From the NCBI GenBank assembly GCA_049967655.1, contig JBMFSH010000011.1:1-64000 (forward strand): a stretch of DNA of 64,000 nucleotides. The letters are read 5' to 3'. The notes beneath the pieces are model-generated. The model had not been told where the DNA came from. It ran no database searches and saw only the letters and a program-made list of their open reading frames with translations. Source of the DNA: Acidobacteriota bacterium (GTDB taxonomy: Bacteria > Acidobacteriota > UBA4820 > DSQY01). The position numbers were made by a program, and so were the translations under genes. Below are positions 21,301 through 29,890 of the stretch, piece after piece (positions within the stretch are counted from its first letter, which is position 1; every line of letters starts with the position of its first letter).

Positions 21301-21681
21301 CCGGTGGGAGCGGAAGAGCACCTCCTTGCCGTCGGGGCTGAAACCCACGGCCACGTCGGGATCGGGATGCCAGGTGAGGCGGCGCGGCTCGCCCCCCGAG
21401 GCCGGCACGACGTAGACGTCCACGTTGCCGTCGTACTCGCCCGAGAAGGCCACCAGGGAGCCGTCGGGGGAGAAGATGGGGCGGCTCTCCAGGTCCATCC
21501 CCGTCACCAGGCGGTGGGCGTCGCCGCCGGAGCGGCTCGCGACCCAGATGTCACCGCCGTAGACGAAGGCGATCTGCGTCTTGGAGAGGGCGGGCTCCCG
21601 AAGGAGCAGGGGGGGAGCGGCGGCCGCCAGGCAGAGCGAGGCGGCCAGGAGGATGAGGGCTGCGAGCAGGGCTTTGCGCAT
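18397..21681 (-). CDS. Tricorn protease (S41 family), secreted
   Basis: Signal peptide, PD40 propeller repeats, VGHMF, PDZ, DERYNHGG, AGSGGD (catalytic Ser), GERTWGG, ENHGIAPD. Confidence 0.95.
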   Translation of the reverse strand: MRKALLAALILLAASLCLAAAAPPLLLREPALSKTQIAFVYGGDIWVASRSGGDAHRLVTGMDLESRPIFSPDGSLVAFSGEYDGNVDVYVVPASGGEPRRLTWHPDPDVAVGFSPDGKEVLFRSHRDATNDSDQLFLVPLTGGLPTPLPLPMAEDGSFSPDGSRIAYSPVFQWEPDWRDYRGGQTTPIWIARLSDSSVVKIPRENSNDRDPMWVGDTVYFLSDRSGPQTLFAYDTKSGTVTRCIDNQGYNIDSASAGPGAIVYSRMGEIFLYDLATRTTSPVAIRVAGDMPQVRPHFEKVANQIANADLSPTGARAVFEAHGDILTVPAEKGDVRDITSTPGVMERNPAWSPDGQSIAYFSDASGEYALHIASQTGLGPVRDISLGEPPSFFYDPVWSPDGKKIAYSDKRLNLWFVDLDHPVPVKVDTDLYDTPAHEFDQEWSPDSRWLTYTKQLPNHLHAVFVYSLATGKATQVTDGMSDCLYPVFDRSGKYLFFTASTDTGLAAGWLDMTSEARPVTSSVYVAVLRKELPSPLAPQSDDEKAPKPKEGEKKEGAAPAKSAAKEESEKPPEVRIDFDGLLQRTLALPVPAANYTGLSAGTAGQLFLMEEPVVEVGDEPPAMAVKHFDLEKRKLEPLLDGVNNFVLSFNGEKMLYQKGKDWFIAKTGAPPKPGEGKIDTAAMKVYVVPREEWRQMYDEVWRIERDFFYDPHFHGLDLAAAKRTFMVYLPGIASRDDLTFLFRRMLSYLSVGHMFVRGGTEPKEHKVSVGLLGADYAIDHGRYRFAKIYSGENWNPKLQAPLTQPGMDVKAGDYLLAVNGRNLTASDNVFSFFQGTAGQQTVIRVGPNPDGTGARDVTVVPVESEFGLRHEDWVEANRRKVDALSGGKLAYVYLPDTQFGGFTSFNRYYFAQVGKEGAVLDERYNHGGQLADYIIDTLSRVPMSRVMTREGEAYTEPTEAIYGPKAMIINQFAGSGGDAMPWYFRKAHIGPLVGERTWGGLVGIGGYPRLMDGGMVTAPRWAIYGLSGHWDVENHGIAPDVTVWQDPKLVREGHDPQLEKTVELLMEKLKENPPPHYERPPYPDYHPVLPPPGP

Positions 21682-21780
21682 GAAGCCTCCTTATCGCGAT
21701 GCGAGAAACAGGGATACGGAGCCACAAGTCTCCTGAGACGGGCCGTCCGGGGCCGAAGTTTCAGCACCCCCTTATTCTCT

Positions 21781-21924
21781 AACCACAGAGACACAGAGAC
21801 ACTGAGAAGAGCCATTCAGGACCCAAGAGAAGCGCAAGTCGCGACCCGTTGCCCTTCCTCCTCGAAGGCCCTCTTGGTCCTCACTCAAGAGCGCTTCCCT
21901 CTGCGGCTCTGCGCCTCTGTGGTT
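21781..21924. repeat. Cassette bounded by inverted octamer arrays (AACCACAGAG-ACACAGAG... / ...CTCTGTGGTT)
   Basis: Left aaccacagag acacagag acactgag; right ctctgcgg ctctgcgc ctctgtggtt; internal GGACCCAAGAG / CTCTTGGTCC inverted repeat. Confidence 0.75.
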
Positions 21925-21947
21925 CATTTCTTTCGAAGATAACGCCC

Positions 21948-22529
21948 TCAGCCGCCTAGGGCGGAGACCACGGCCTGGGTGTCTCGCACGCGTCCCATGC
22001 GCGGGAAGATGCGCGTGAGGCAGTGCTCGTGGGCCGAGGCGCTGAGCGCGCCCATGGCGTCCGAGACGAAGAGCTGCTCGAAGCCGCGCTCGAAGGCGTC
22101 TCGCGCCGTGCTCTCCACGCCGTACTCCGTGGCGATGCCGCAGAGCACCAGGGTCGTCAGCCCCCGGCGCCGGAGCTGGAGCTCCAGGTCGGTGCCGTAG
22201 AAGGCTCCCCACTGGCGCTTGAGGATGACGAGGTCGCCGGGCGACCGTTCGAGCTCGGGGATCAGCTCGGACCAGTCGGGCGGCAGGGGGCCGGAGGCCC
22301 GCATGGGCTCGTCGGCCGCGGGGTTCAGGCGGTCCCGGCCGTCGGGGGAGCCGCCCACGTGGACGAGGATGGGCGTCGCGCCGGCGCGTCGGGCCGCGCG
22401 CAGGAGGCGCACCGTGTTGGCCACCACGGTGGCCGCCGGGTGCGGCGCCGTCGCGCGGCCCACGATGCCCTTTTGCAGATCGATGACGACAACGGCGGTG
22501 GTGGCGGGATTCAGAATCGGGTCGGCCAT
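21948..22529 (-). CDS. Isochorismatase family hydrolase (YecD-like)
   Basis: VVIDLQKGIV, KRQWGAFYGTDLELQLRRRG, GIATEYGVESTARDA. Confidence 0.92.
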   Translation of the reverse strand: MADPILNPATTAVVVIDLQKGIVGRATAPHPAATVVANTVRLLRAARRAGATPILVHVGGSPDGRDRLNPAADEPMRASGPLPPDWSELIPELERSPGDLVILKRQWGAFYGTDLELQLRRRGLTTLVLCGIATEYGVESTARDAFERGFEQLFVSDAMGALSASAHEHCLTRIFPRMGRVRDTQAVVSALGG

Positions 22530-22664
22530 GGCCATCTCCTTCGGGAAGCCGTCCCCCTTCCTCCGGCCAGGATAAACCACGGCGCCTTGGATGGGGATAG
22601 CCTCCGCTTGATCCCCGGAGGGGCTCGTCCCATGATGGAGGCCGGGCACGTCAGGGAGGTGGCC

Positions 22665-22973
22665 ATGGTCGTCGTCCTCGTTCACTACGTGAAGCCGCTG
22701 GAGGAGGTGGACCGGCTCGTCCCCTCTCACAAGGCCTTCCTCGCCGAATACTATCGGCGGGGGCTCCTGCTCCTCTCCGGTCCGCGCACCCCGCGCACCG
22801 AGGGCGGGCTCATCCTCGCCCGCTCTGGGAGCGTCGAGGAGCTGCGGGCCCTCTTCGCCAAGGACCCCTTCGCCGTGGCGGGGGTGGCCGAGTACGAGTT
22901 TCTGGCCTTCGAACCCACCATGCGCGCCGGGGGGACCGAGCCCTTCCTGGCCGCGCCGGCCGCCGCGGAGTGA
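22665..22973 (+). CDS. YciI family protein
   Basis: Y.KPLEEVD...H..FL...Y..G..L.SG...PR..GG.ILA...DPF. Confidence 0.88.
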   Translation: MVVVLVHYVKPLEEVDRLVPSHKAFLAEYYRRGLLLLSGPRTPRTEGGLILARSGSVEELRALFAKDPFAVAGVAEYEFLAFEPTMRAGGTEPFLAAPAAAE

Positions 22974-22977
22974 ACCG

Positions 22978-23466
22978 GTGTCCCGCCCGGAGGCGCCCGT
23001 CACCCCGGCCACCCGGCTGTTGAGGGCAAGAGGGGTTCCCTTCGCGCCCCACCTCTACCCCTTCCAGGCCCGCGACGTGGCGCGCCACGCGGCCCACGCC
23101 CTGGGGGTGGACGAACACGCCGTGGTCAAGACCCTCGTCATGGCGGCCGACCCGAAACGCCCCTTCCTGGTGCTCATGCACGGGGATTGCGAAGTCTCCA
23201 CGAAGGCGCTGGCCCGGCTGCTTGACGTCAAGGAGGTGGCCCCGCTAGGCCGGGAGGAGGCCGAGCGCGCCACCGGCTACCAGGTGGGCGGCATCAGCCC
23301 CCTGGGCACCCGCCGGCCCATGCTCGTCTACGCCGAAGCCACGCTCTTCGACCTGCCCCTGATCTACCTGAACGGAGGCAAGCGGGGCTTTCTCGTGGCG
23401 CTCGATCCGGCGGCCCTTCGGGCCCTTCTCGCCCCCGTCGAGGTGCGCGTAGCCCAGACCGGGTAG
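22978..23466 (+). CDS. ybaK: YbaK/EbsC family aminoacyl-tRNA deacylase
   Basis: [34 protein letters not shown]. Confidence 0.88.
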   Translation: MSRPEAPVTPATRLLRARGVPFAPHLYPFQARDVARHAAHALGVDEHAVVKTLVMAADPKRPFLVLMHGDCEVSTKALARLLDVKEVAPLGREEAERATGYQVGGISPLGTRRPMLVYAEATLFDLPLIYLNGGKRGFLVALDPAALRALLAPVEVRVAQTG

Positions 23467-23519
23467 GCGGCTTGCGCCGCGGCGCGCCGAGGCGGTACAG
23501 TGCAGGGCGTGGAGCACCC

Positions 23520-24200
23520 ATGGAGATCCTTCTGACCCCCGAAGAGACGCGCGTCCTGGGATGCCTCGTGGAGAAGGCGGTCACCACGCCGGAGTACTAC
23601 CCCCTCAGCCTGAACGCCGTGCGCAACGCCTGCAACCAGAAGTCGGGGCGCGACCCCGTGGTGGCCTACGACGACGCCACCGTGCAGGCGGCCCTCGACG
23701 GCCTGCGGGACAAGCACCTGCTCTGGGTGGTCAGCCCCGCCGAGGCGCGCGTCCCCAAGTACCAGCACCGCTTCCCCGAGGCCCTCGACCTCTCGCCGCC
23801 CGAGGTGGCGATCCTCTCGCTCCTCATGCTGAGGGGCCCCCAGACCCCAGGCGAGCTGCGGGGCCGGAGCGAGCGGCTCTACCGCTTCTCCGGGCTGGAG
23901 GAGGTGGAGGCCGTCCTGCGCGGGCTCGCCGAACGCCCCGGCGGGCCGTTGGCCGTGCGCCTGCCGCGCCAGCCCGGCCGGAAGGAGCACCGCTACGCCC
24001 ACGCCCTCGAGGGGATTCCAGCCGAGGAGCCCGGCTCCGAGGCGCCGCCCGCCTTCGAGACCCAGCCGCTTCGGGTGACCCATCGCCTGGCCGAGCAGGA
24101 AGAGGCGCTCTCCGTGCTCCGCGAGGAGCTCCAGCGGCTGCGCGAGGAGCTGGCCGAGCTGAGGAGCGAGTTCGAGGCCTTCCGCCAGGAGTTTCAGTGA
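23520..24200 (+). CDS. YceH / DUF480 family protein
   Basis: [22 protein letters not shown]...[28 protein letters not shown]-terminal coiled coil. Confidence 0.93.
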   Translation: MEILLTPEETRVLGCLVEKAVTTPEYYPLSLNAVRNACNQKSGRDPVVAYDDATVQAALDGLRDKHLLWVVSPAEARVPKYQHRFPEALDLSPPEVAILSLLMLRGPQTPGELRGRSERLYRFSGLEEVEAVLRGLAERPGGPLAVRLPRQPGRKEHRYAHALEGIPAEEPGSEAPPAFETQPLRVTHRLAEQEEALSVLREELQRLREELAELRSEFEAFRQEFQ

Positions 24201-24778
24201 AGCGCCTCTGCGTCTTCTGCGGTTCGAGCGTGGGCGACGACCCCGCCTTCGCCGAGGCCGCCGAGGCCGTGGGCGGGGCCCTGGCCGAGCGCCGGATCAC
24301 GCTGGTGTACGGCGGCGGCAACGTGGGGCTCATGGGCGTCCTGGCCGACGCCGCGCTTCGGGCCGGAGGCGAGGTCATCGGCGTCATCCCCAAGGCGCTC
24401 ATGGAGTGGGAGGTGGGCCACCTGGGGCTTTCAGACCTGCGCGTGGTGGACTCTATGCACGAGCGCAAGGCCCTCATGGCCGAGCTCTCCGACGGTTTCG
24501 CGGCCCTGCCCGGAGGCATCGGCACCCTCGAAGAGTTCTTCGAGATCTGGACGTGGGCCCAGCTCGGGGTCCACCACAAACCCTGCGGCCTGCTCAACGC
24601 GAAGGGCTACTACGACCCGCTCGTGGTCTTCCTGGACGCCATGGTGGAGCGAGGATTCCTCAAGCCCCGCCACCGGAGCATGGCCATCGTGGAGCGCGAG
24701 GTCGGCCCCCTCCTCGCCGCCCTGGAGGTCTATCGCCCGCCCGAGGGGGAGCCCCGCCTGAACGGGCGGCGGACCTGA
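24197..24778 (+). CDS. LOG family nucleotide phosphoribohydrolase (TIGR00730-type)
   Basis: [35 protein letters not shown]. Confidence 0.93.
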   Translation: MKRLCVFCGSSVGDDPAFAEAAEAVGGALAERRITLVYGGGNVGLMGVLADAALRAGGEVIGVIPKALMEWEVGHLGLSDLRVVDSMHERKALMAELSDGFAALPGGIGTLEEFFEIWTWAQLGVHHKPCGLLNAKGYYDPLVVFLDAMVERGFLKPRHRSMAIVEREVGPLLAALEVYRPPEGEPRLNGRRT

Positions 24779-24787
24779 GGGCCCCTT

Positions 24788-25360
24788 ATGACGGCCAAGA
24801 TCAAAACGCCCCTGCTGACGACCGAGCGGCTCCACCTCCTGGTTCCGGGGCCCAGGGACGCCCGGCGCATGCTCTGGTACGTGCTGGAGAACCGTGACCA
24901 CCTGGCGCCCTGGGAGCCGGTGCGGTTCCAGGCCTACTTCACGGAGGAGTTCTGGCGCCAGGAGCTGGCCGCGGCCCAGCGGGAGTACTTGGAGGGCCTC
25001 TCGCTCAGGCTCGCCCTCGTGGAGAGCGGCGATCCGGGCGGCCCCATCGTCGGCACCGCGAACTTCCGCAACATCGTCCGGGGCGTCTTCCAGGCCTGCC
25101 ACCTGGGCTACAGCCTGGACCACCGCCTCCAGGGTCGGGGCCTCATGCAGGAGGCCCTGACGGCGGCCATCGCCCACGTCTTCGAGGAGCTGGGCCTCCA
25201 CCGGGTCATGGCCAACTACATGCCCCACAACGAGCGAAGCGCCAGGCTGCTTCAACGCCTGGGATTCACAGTGGAGGGCCAGGCCAAGAGCTACCTCTTC
25301 CTCGACGGGGCCTGGCGCGACCACGTCCTGACCTCCCTCGTCAATCCGAAGGAGGTCTGA
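24788..25360 (+). CDS. RimJ-like GNAT N-acetyltransferase
   Basis: NRDHLAPWEP, NIVRGVFQACHLGYSL, LHRVMANYMPHNERS, YL..DGAWRDHVLTSL. Confidence 0.9.
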   Translation: MTAKIKTPLLTTERLHLLVPGPRDARRMLWYVLENRDHLAPWEPVRFQAYFTEEFWRQELAAAQREYLEGLSLRLALVESGDPGGPIVGTANFRNIVRGVFQACHLGYSLDHRLQGRGLMQEALTAAIAHVFEELGLHRVMANYMPHNERSARLLQRLGFTVEGQAKSYLFLDGAWRDHVLTSLVNPKEV

Positions 25361-25362
25361 GC

Positions 25363-25704
25363 GTGACCTTCCTCCTGGTGACGGACAACCTCTTGACGAG
25401 GTCGAGGCTGGAAACGGCCGCCCGGGCGGCCGGAGCCGAGGTGCTGGCCAGAGGGTCGGAGCGCGCGCCCAACCTGGTGGCCGTGGATCTCACGGCCCGG
25501 GGCGCGCTGGAGGCCATCGCCTCCTGGAGGGCCGGCCATCCCTCCGCCCTCATCCTGGCCTTCGGGCCGCACGTTCAGACGGCACTTCTGGCCGCGGCCG
25601 GCGAGGCGGGCGCCACGGAGGTGGTCCCGCGAGGGGCCGCCGAGCGGAGGCTGGTGGCGCTGCTCCGCCGGCCGAAACCGGGAAGCGCCCAACCGGGGGG
25701 CTGA
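25363..25704 (+). CDS. Small receiver-like (CheY-fold) hypothetical protein
   Basis: VAVDL...LAFGPHV...AGATEVVPR pattern; in operon context. Confidence 0.6.
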   Translation: MTFLLVTDNLLTRSRLETAARAAGAEVLARGSERAPNLVAVDLTARGALEAIASWRAGHPSALILAFGPHVQTALLAAAGEAGATEVVPRGAAERRLVALLRRPKPGSAQPGG

Positions 25705-25723
25705 GCCCCCGAGGGAGGAGGCC

Positions 25724-26092
25724 GTGTTCGAGCACCGGAGAGAACCGCTGCTGCCGCGCAGCGCCTTCCTGCGACGCGTGGCGGCGAGCGCCGCGGCGGC
25801 CTTCGGCCTGGTGGCCTTTTCGCTGGCCACCGGGGTCCTTGGCTACCACTTCCTGGAGGGCCAAGCCTGGATCGACGCCCTGGTGAACGCCTCCATGCTG
25901 CTGGGCGGCATGGGCCCCGTGGGCGACCTGCACACCACCGCGGGCAAGCTCTTCGCCAGCTTCTACGCGCTCTACTGCGGCCTGGTGCTCATCGTGGCCG
26001 TGGGGATCGTCTTCGCGCCCCTCTTCCACCGCTTCCTCCACCGCTTCCACCTCGAGGTGGAGGAGGGGGCGCCCGAACAACCCGAAGAGTAG
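25724..26092 (+). CDS. Two-TM membrane protein with pore-helix-like segment
   Basis: GYHFLEG..WIDALVNASMLLGGMGPV......GKLFASFYAL; GGAGG RBS. Confidence 0.75.
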   Translation: MFEHRREPLLPRSAFLRRVAASAAAAFGLVAFSLATGVLGYHFLEGQAWIDALVNASMLLGGMGPVGDLHTTAGKLFASFYALYCGLVLIVAVGIVFAPLFHRFLHRFHLEVEEGAPEQPEE

Positions 26093-26099
26093 CGGCGCC

Positions 26100-27230
26100 T
26101 CAGGTCACGCTCTCGCGGAAGACCACCCCCCGCTTGGCCAGCTCCTGCATGACGAAGAGGTAGCAACCCGGTTCCCGGCCCAGAAACTCGGGCGGGGAGA
26201 TGCCGGGGCGGCGGTAGAGCCCCCGCGCCACGGCGCGAACCCCCGCCGTGCAGGTGTAGCCCGTGGCGCGTGCCATGGAGGTGATGCCCGAGGCGGGGTC
26301 GTAGCGGTCCAGCAGGTCGAAGACGTGACGGACCCTCCGCCCCTCCTTCTCCCCCTCCACGGTGACGCGCATCACCGTGATGTCCTCCTCCCCCTCCCCG
26401 AGCCGCCACTCGTGGAAGAGCAGTTTGGCGGTGAGCTCCAGGGGGCTGACGCGCCCTCCCGGCAGATCCACGGGCTCCTTGCGGAAAAAGCCGGTCTCCC
26501 GGAGCATCCTCATCTTCTCGATGTGGCCCGGGTAACGGAGGGTCCGTTCCTTCATGAAGGGAGCCTTGACCGTCGTGATGAGGGAGCGCAGGCCGTCCGT
26601 GTTGAAGGCTTCGAGGGTGCCGACGCCGGGGAAGTCGATGAGCTCGGGTTCGGACAGGGCCGGCATGGAGACCACCCGGCCGTGCGAGACGTAGCGCGCC
26701 GGCCGCGTGTACTCCTCGATCACGTCCGCCGGAGAGAAGACCGCCTTGTACTCGTAGGGCCAGGTCCGCACCACGGGAAGTCCGCCCACGAGGCACTCGA
26801 AGCTGTGCAGGCGCTCCAGGACCGTCTCCAGATAGCCGAGGATGATGTTGCCGCAGCCGGGGGCGATGCCGCAGTCCACCACCGCCGTGACCCCCTTCTG
26901 CCTGGCCAGATCGTCCAGGAGGAAGGGGTCCTCCTCGAAGAAGGAGATGTCCACGATGGGCTTGCCGCACTCGATGGCCCGCTTCACGGTGGTAAAGCCC
27001 ATGGAGCCCGGCACGGCCCCCACCACCAGGTCCGCCGGCTGCACGGCGGCGGCCACCTCGCCCGGGTCACCCAGGTCCGTCCTGCGGGTGGCGATGCCTG
27101 CCACCTCCGCCAAGCGGTCGAGGGCCCCCTGGGAGAGATCCGCCGCAGCCACCTCGAACTCGCCTTCGGCCGCCAGGTCCCGGGCGATGGCGCTGCCCAC
27201 CCGCCCGGCGCCCAACACCACGATCTTCAT
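26100..27230 (-). CDS. Saccharopine dehydrogenase / lysine 6-dehydrogenase family oxidoreductase
   Basis: GAGRVG Rossmann motif, DCGIAPG, EYTRPAR, LEAFNTDGLR, TLRYPGH, SMARATGY. Confidence 0.9.
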   Translation of the reverse strand: MKIVVLGAGRVGSAIARDLAAEGEFEVAAADLSQGALDRLAEVAGIATRRTDLGDPGEVAAAVQPADLVVGAVPGSMGFTTVKRAIECGKPIVDISFFEEDPFLLDDLARQKGVTAVVDCGIAPGCGNIILGYLETVLERLHSFECLVGGLPVVRTWPYEYKAVFSPADVIEEYTRPARYVSHGRVVSMPALSEPELIDFPGVGTLEAFNTDGLRSLITTVKAPFMKERTLRYPGHIEKMRMLRETGFFRKEPVDLPGGRVSPLELTAKLLFHEWRLGEGEEDITVMRVTVEGEKEGRRVRHVFDLLDRYDPASGITSMARATGYTCTAGVRAVARGLYRRPGISPPEFLGREPGCYLFVMQELAKRGVVFRESVT

Positions 27231-27485
27231 GACCGCCTCCTTCTCCCTATCCGCACCGGGGATTCCGAGCCCTCCGCGTTTTTTCAGTATAGCTTAGTCC
27301 TTGCTCCTCCCGTCCTCATTCCTTCAAGGTCCGTCGGGGAGGAATAAACCGGGCCATCGAATCGGTTTCAAGGGCAGGAACCCTACGAAAAATCCAGGCC
27401 CCGGGACTGACCGGCTTCAGTTCAGTCCGGGGATGACGCGGAAACGTCCTGCTCTATTCCACCTACATCGGCGGCGCCGGGACCC

Positions 27486-29138
27486 GTGGGCCCGGCCAGC
27501 CCCCGCACAACCGCCGCCGTCAATACGCAGTACGCCCGCCTTCCGCTGGCGTTCGAGGAGAACCGGGAGCAGACGGATGGTCACGTGCAGTTTCTCGCCA
27601 GGGGGGGGAACTACCTCCTCTTTCTCACGTCCGGCAAGGCGGTTCTTAAATTGGCCAGGCCGGAGGGCGGCGGGCCCTCCGACGGAAAGCCCGGTTGGGT
27701 TCCGGTGCCGCCGAAGATCGAGGTGCTGAAGATCGGCCTCTCGGGCGCCAACCCGAGGGCGAAGATCACGGGCGTCGGTGAGCTTCCTGGACGCACCGCC
27801 AGCTTCATCGGAAACGATCCCAGCAAGTGGCGGAGGGACATCCCCTCTTACGGCCGGGTCGTTTACGAAGATCTCTATCCCGGCATTGACCTGGCCTTCT
27901 ATGGGAAGCAAGGGCAGATGGAGTTCGACTTCATCCTCAAGCCCGGCGCGAAGCCCGAGGCGGTGTCGCTGGACATTTCGGGGGCCGGCGGGCTCTCGAT
28001 CGGCCCGGCGGGCGACTTGATCCTAAAGACTTCGGGTGGGACGCTCCAGTGGACGAGGCCGGCGGTCTACCAGGAGCTGGACGGCCGGCGGACACCCGTG
28101 GAGGGGCGCTTCGTCCTGAAGGGAACGCGCGTGGGCATCGCCCTTGGCCCCTATGACCCCGCGAGGCCCGTCGTGGTGGACCCGGTGCTGGCCTACTCCA
28201 CCTACCTGGGGGGGAGCGGGAGCGACAGGACCTACAGCATCGCCCTGGATTCGACCGGAGCCATGTACGTGTGCGGGGTGACCTCCTCCACCAACTTCCC
28301 CACGGCCTTCCCTCTGCAACCTAACAACCACGGCGCGCAGGACGCCTTCCTAGCCAAGCTCAGCGCCGTCCCGACCCTGACGGCCACCGCATCGGCCACC
28401 CCCACGTCGGGGCAGGCGCCACTGGCCGTCAGCTTCACCGGCTCCGCCTCGGGAGGGACGGCGCCCTACACCTACGCATGGTCCTTTGGGGACAGCATCA
28501 CCGGATCAGGCGCCGCCACCACCCACACCTATTCGTCGGCCGGCGTCTACCCCGTCACCCTCACGGTGACCGACTCCGCTTCCCTGGCCGTCACCGACAG
28601 CCACCTCGTGATTACGGTGGCGGCTCCCGCGGCGCTCACCGTGAACGCGACCGTCACGCCGCTCTCGGGCAATGCGCCGCTGGCCGTCACTTTCGCGGGT
28701 ACGGCCTCGGGTGGGGTGCCGCCGTACGCCTACGCGTGGACCTTCGGAGACAGCACCAGCGGGGCGGGCGCCAGCATCAGCCACACCTACACGGCGAGCG
28801 GGACCTTTACCGTTCGCGCCACGGTAACCGATTCGGCCAGCGTGACGGCCTCGGCCGCCACCACCGTCCAGGCCATCAACCCGCCCGCCATCAGCAGCGT
28901 CTCCAAGGCGGGCAACCCCTTCCGGCTTAAGATCTACGGCAGTAATTTTCACAGCAACTGCACGGTCAAGGTCAACGGGGCGTCCGTCCCCCTCTCCCAG
29001 TACAAGAGCCCCAGCCTGGTGATCGCCAAGAAGGGCGCCGCCCTCAAGGCGATGGTGCTCAAGGGGGTGACCGTCCAGATCACCGTCACCAACAACGAGG
29101 ATGGAGGCGTCTCCGCACCCTTCAGCTTCACCTGGTAG
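27486..29138 (+). CDS. Surface protein with SBBP-associated N-terminal domain, one SBBP repeat, two PKD domains and a C-terminal Ig-like domain; 5' end possibly damaged
   Basis: LPLAFEEN..Q, Y.DLYPGIDL, DPVLAYSTYLGGSG.D, two G.APL.V.F...Y.W.FGD...HTY...G PKD motifs; no signal peptide in frame. Confidence 0.75.
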   Translation: MGPASPRTTAAVNTQYARLPLAFEENREQTDGHVQFLARGGNYLLFLTSGKAVLKLARPEGGGPSDGKPGWVPVPPKIEVLKIGLSGANPRAKITGVGELPGRTASFIGNDPSKWRRDIPSYGRVVYEDLYPGIDLAFYGKQGQMEFDFILKPGAKPEAVSLDISGAGGLSIGPAGDLILKTSGGTLQWTRPAVYQELDGRRTPVEGRFVLKGTRVGIALGPYDPARPVVVDPVLAYSTYLGGSGSDRTYSIALDSTGAMYVCGVTSSTNFPTAFPLQPNNHGAQDAFLAKLSAVPTLTATASATPTSGQAPLAVSFTGSASGGTAPYTYAWSFGDSITGSGAATTHTYSSAGVYPVTLTVTDSASLAVTDSHLVITVAAPAALTVNATVTPLSGNAPLAVTFAGTASGGVPPYAYAWTFGDSTSGAGASISHTYTASGTFTVRATVTDSASVTASAATTVQAINPPAISSVSKAGNPFRLKIYGSNFHSNCTVKVNGASVPLSQYKSPSLVIAKKGAALKAMVLKGVTVQITVTNNEDGGVSAPFSFTW

Positions 29139-29163
29139 CGGCTCGCGTCTGAACAGGGCGCAA

Positions 29164-29196
29164 ACGAAAGGGCGGGCAGCCAGCCCGCCCTTTCGT
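29164..29196. terminator. Intrinsic terminator
   Basis: ACGAAAGGGCGGGC-AGCCA-GCCCGCCCTTTCGT, a 14-bp stem. Confidence 0.8.
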
Positions 29197-29332
29197 GCTT
29201 CTCCTCTTCTTCTGCCCTCAGGGGACGCTACTTCCTGCCGCCGGAGCCGCGGAAGGGGATGAGATCGCGGCTGGGGCGGCGGTGCTCCCACGGCGTGATG
29301 TGCGAGGAGGGGCGGCATCCGCTCCTCCCCCT

Positions 29333-29361
29333 TTGACATGGAAGCGCGGGGGCCTTATGGT
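29333..29361 (+). promoter_or_regulatory. Putative sigma70 promoter of the PilZ gene
   Basis: TTGACA, 17 bp, TATGGT. Confidence 0.6.
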
Positions 29362-29383
29362 TGTTCTGTAAGTCAACTTCTCA

Positions 29384-29845
29384 TTGGAGCCGGTCATGCC
29401 AGAGCGTAGGGCGGCGTTGCGCATCAAGCCCGAGAAGCCCATCCGGGCCAAGGTGAAGGCCTACATTCCCGTCCGGGTGATGGACATCTCTCCCCGCGGG
29501 GCTCTGCTGGAGATCACCCAGCCCCTGCCGCCCAAGACGAAGTGTGACCTCAGGGTCCAGGAAAACGGGGACGAACTGGTGCTCCAGGCCACGGTGAGGC
29601 GGTGCTGCGTCTGGGGATACGGGACCAACGACCGGCTGGAGCGCGTGGTGGTCTACCGGGCCGGGCTGCAGTTCCGCGACCTCTCGGGGGAGCAGGAGGA
29701 GCGGCTCTCCACCCGGGTCATGCAGCCGGTCGGTGCGGACCTGAGCTCCGGCGGTCGGGACGGGGCCGACTCGGACTCGCCGATCCTCGTGGGCATCGAC
29801 CCGTCCGACCTCCGGAAGGAGCCCGGCGGCTCGCCGGAATCCTGA
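29384..29845 (+). CDS. PilZ domain protein (c-di-GMP receptor)
   Basis: ERRAALR (RxxxR), DISPRG (D/NxSxxG), YRAGLQF; start may be the ATG at 29396. Confidence 0.82.
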   Translation: MEPVMPERRAALRIKPEKPIRAKVKAYIPVRVMDISPRGALLEITQPLPPKTKCDLRVQENGDELVLQATVRRCCVWGYGTNDRLERVVVYRAGLQFRDLSGEQEERLSTRVMQPVGADLSSGGRDGADSDSPILVGIDPSDLRKEPGGSPES

Positions 29846-29890
29846 GGTCGCCGCCGGCCGAGGGCTCGGCGTCCAGGCGAGGCGGCTCTT

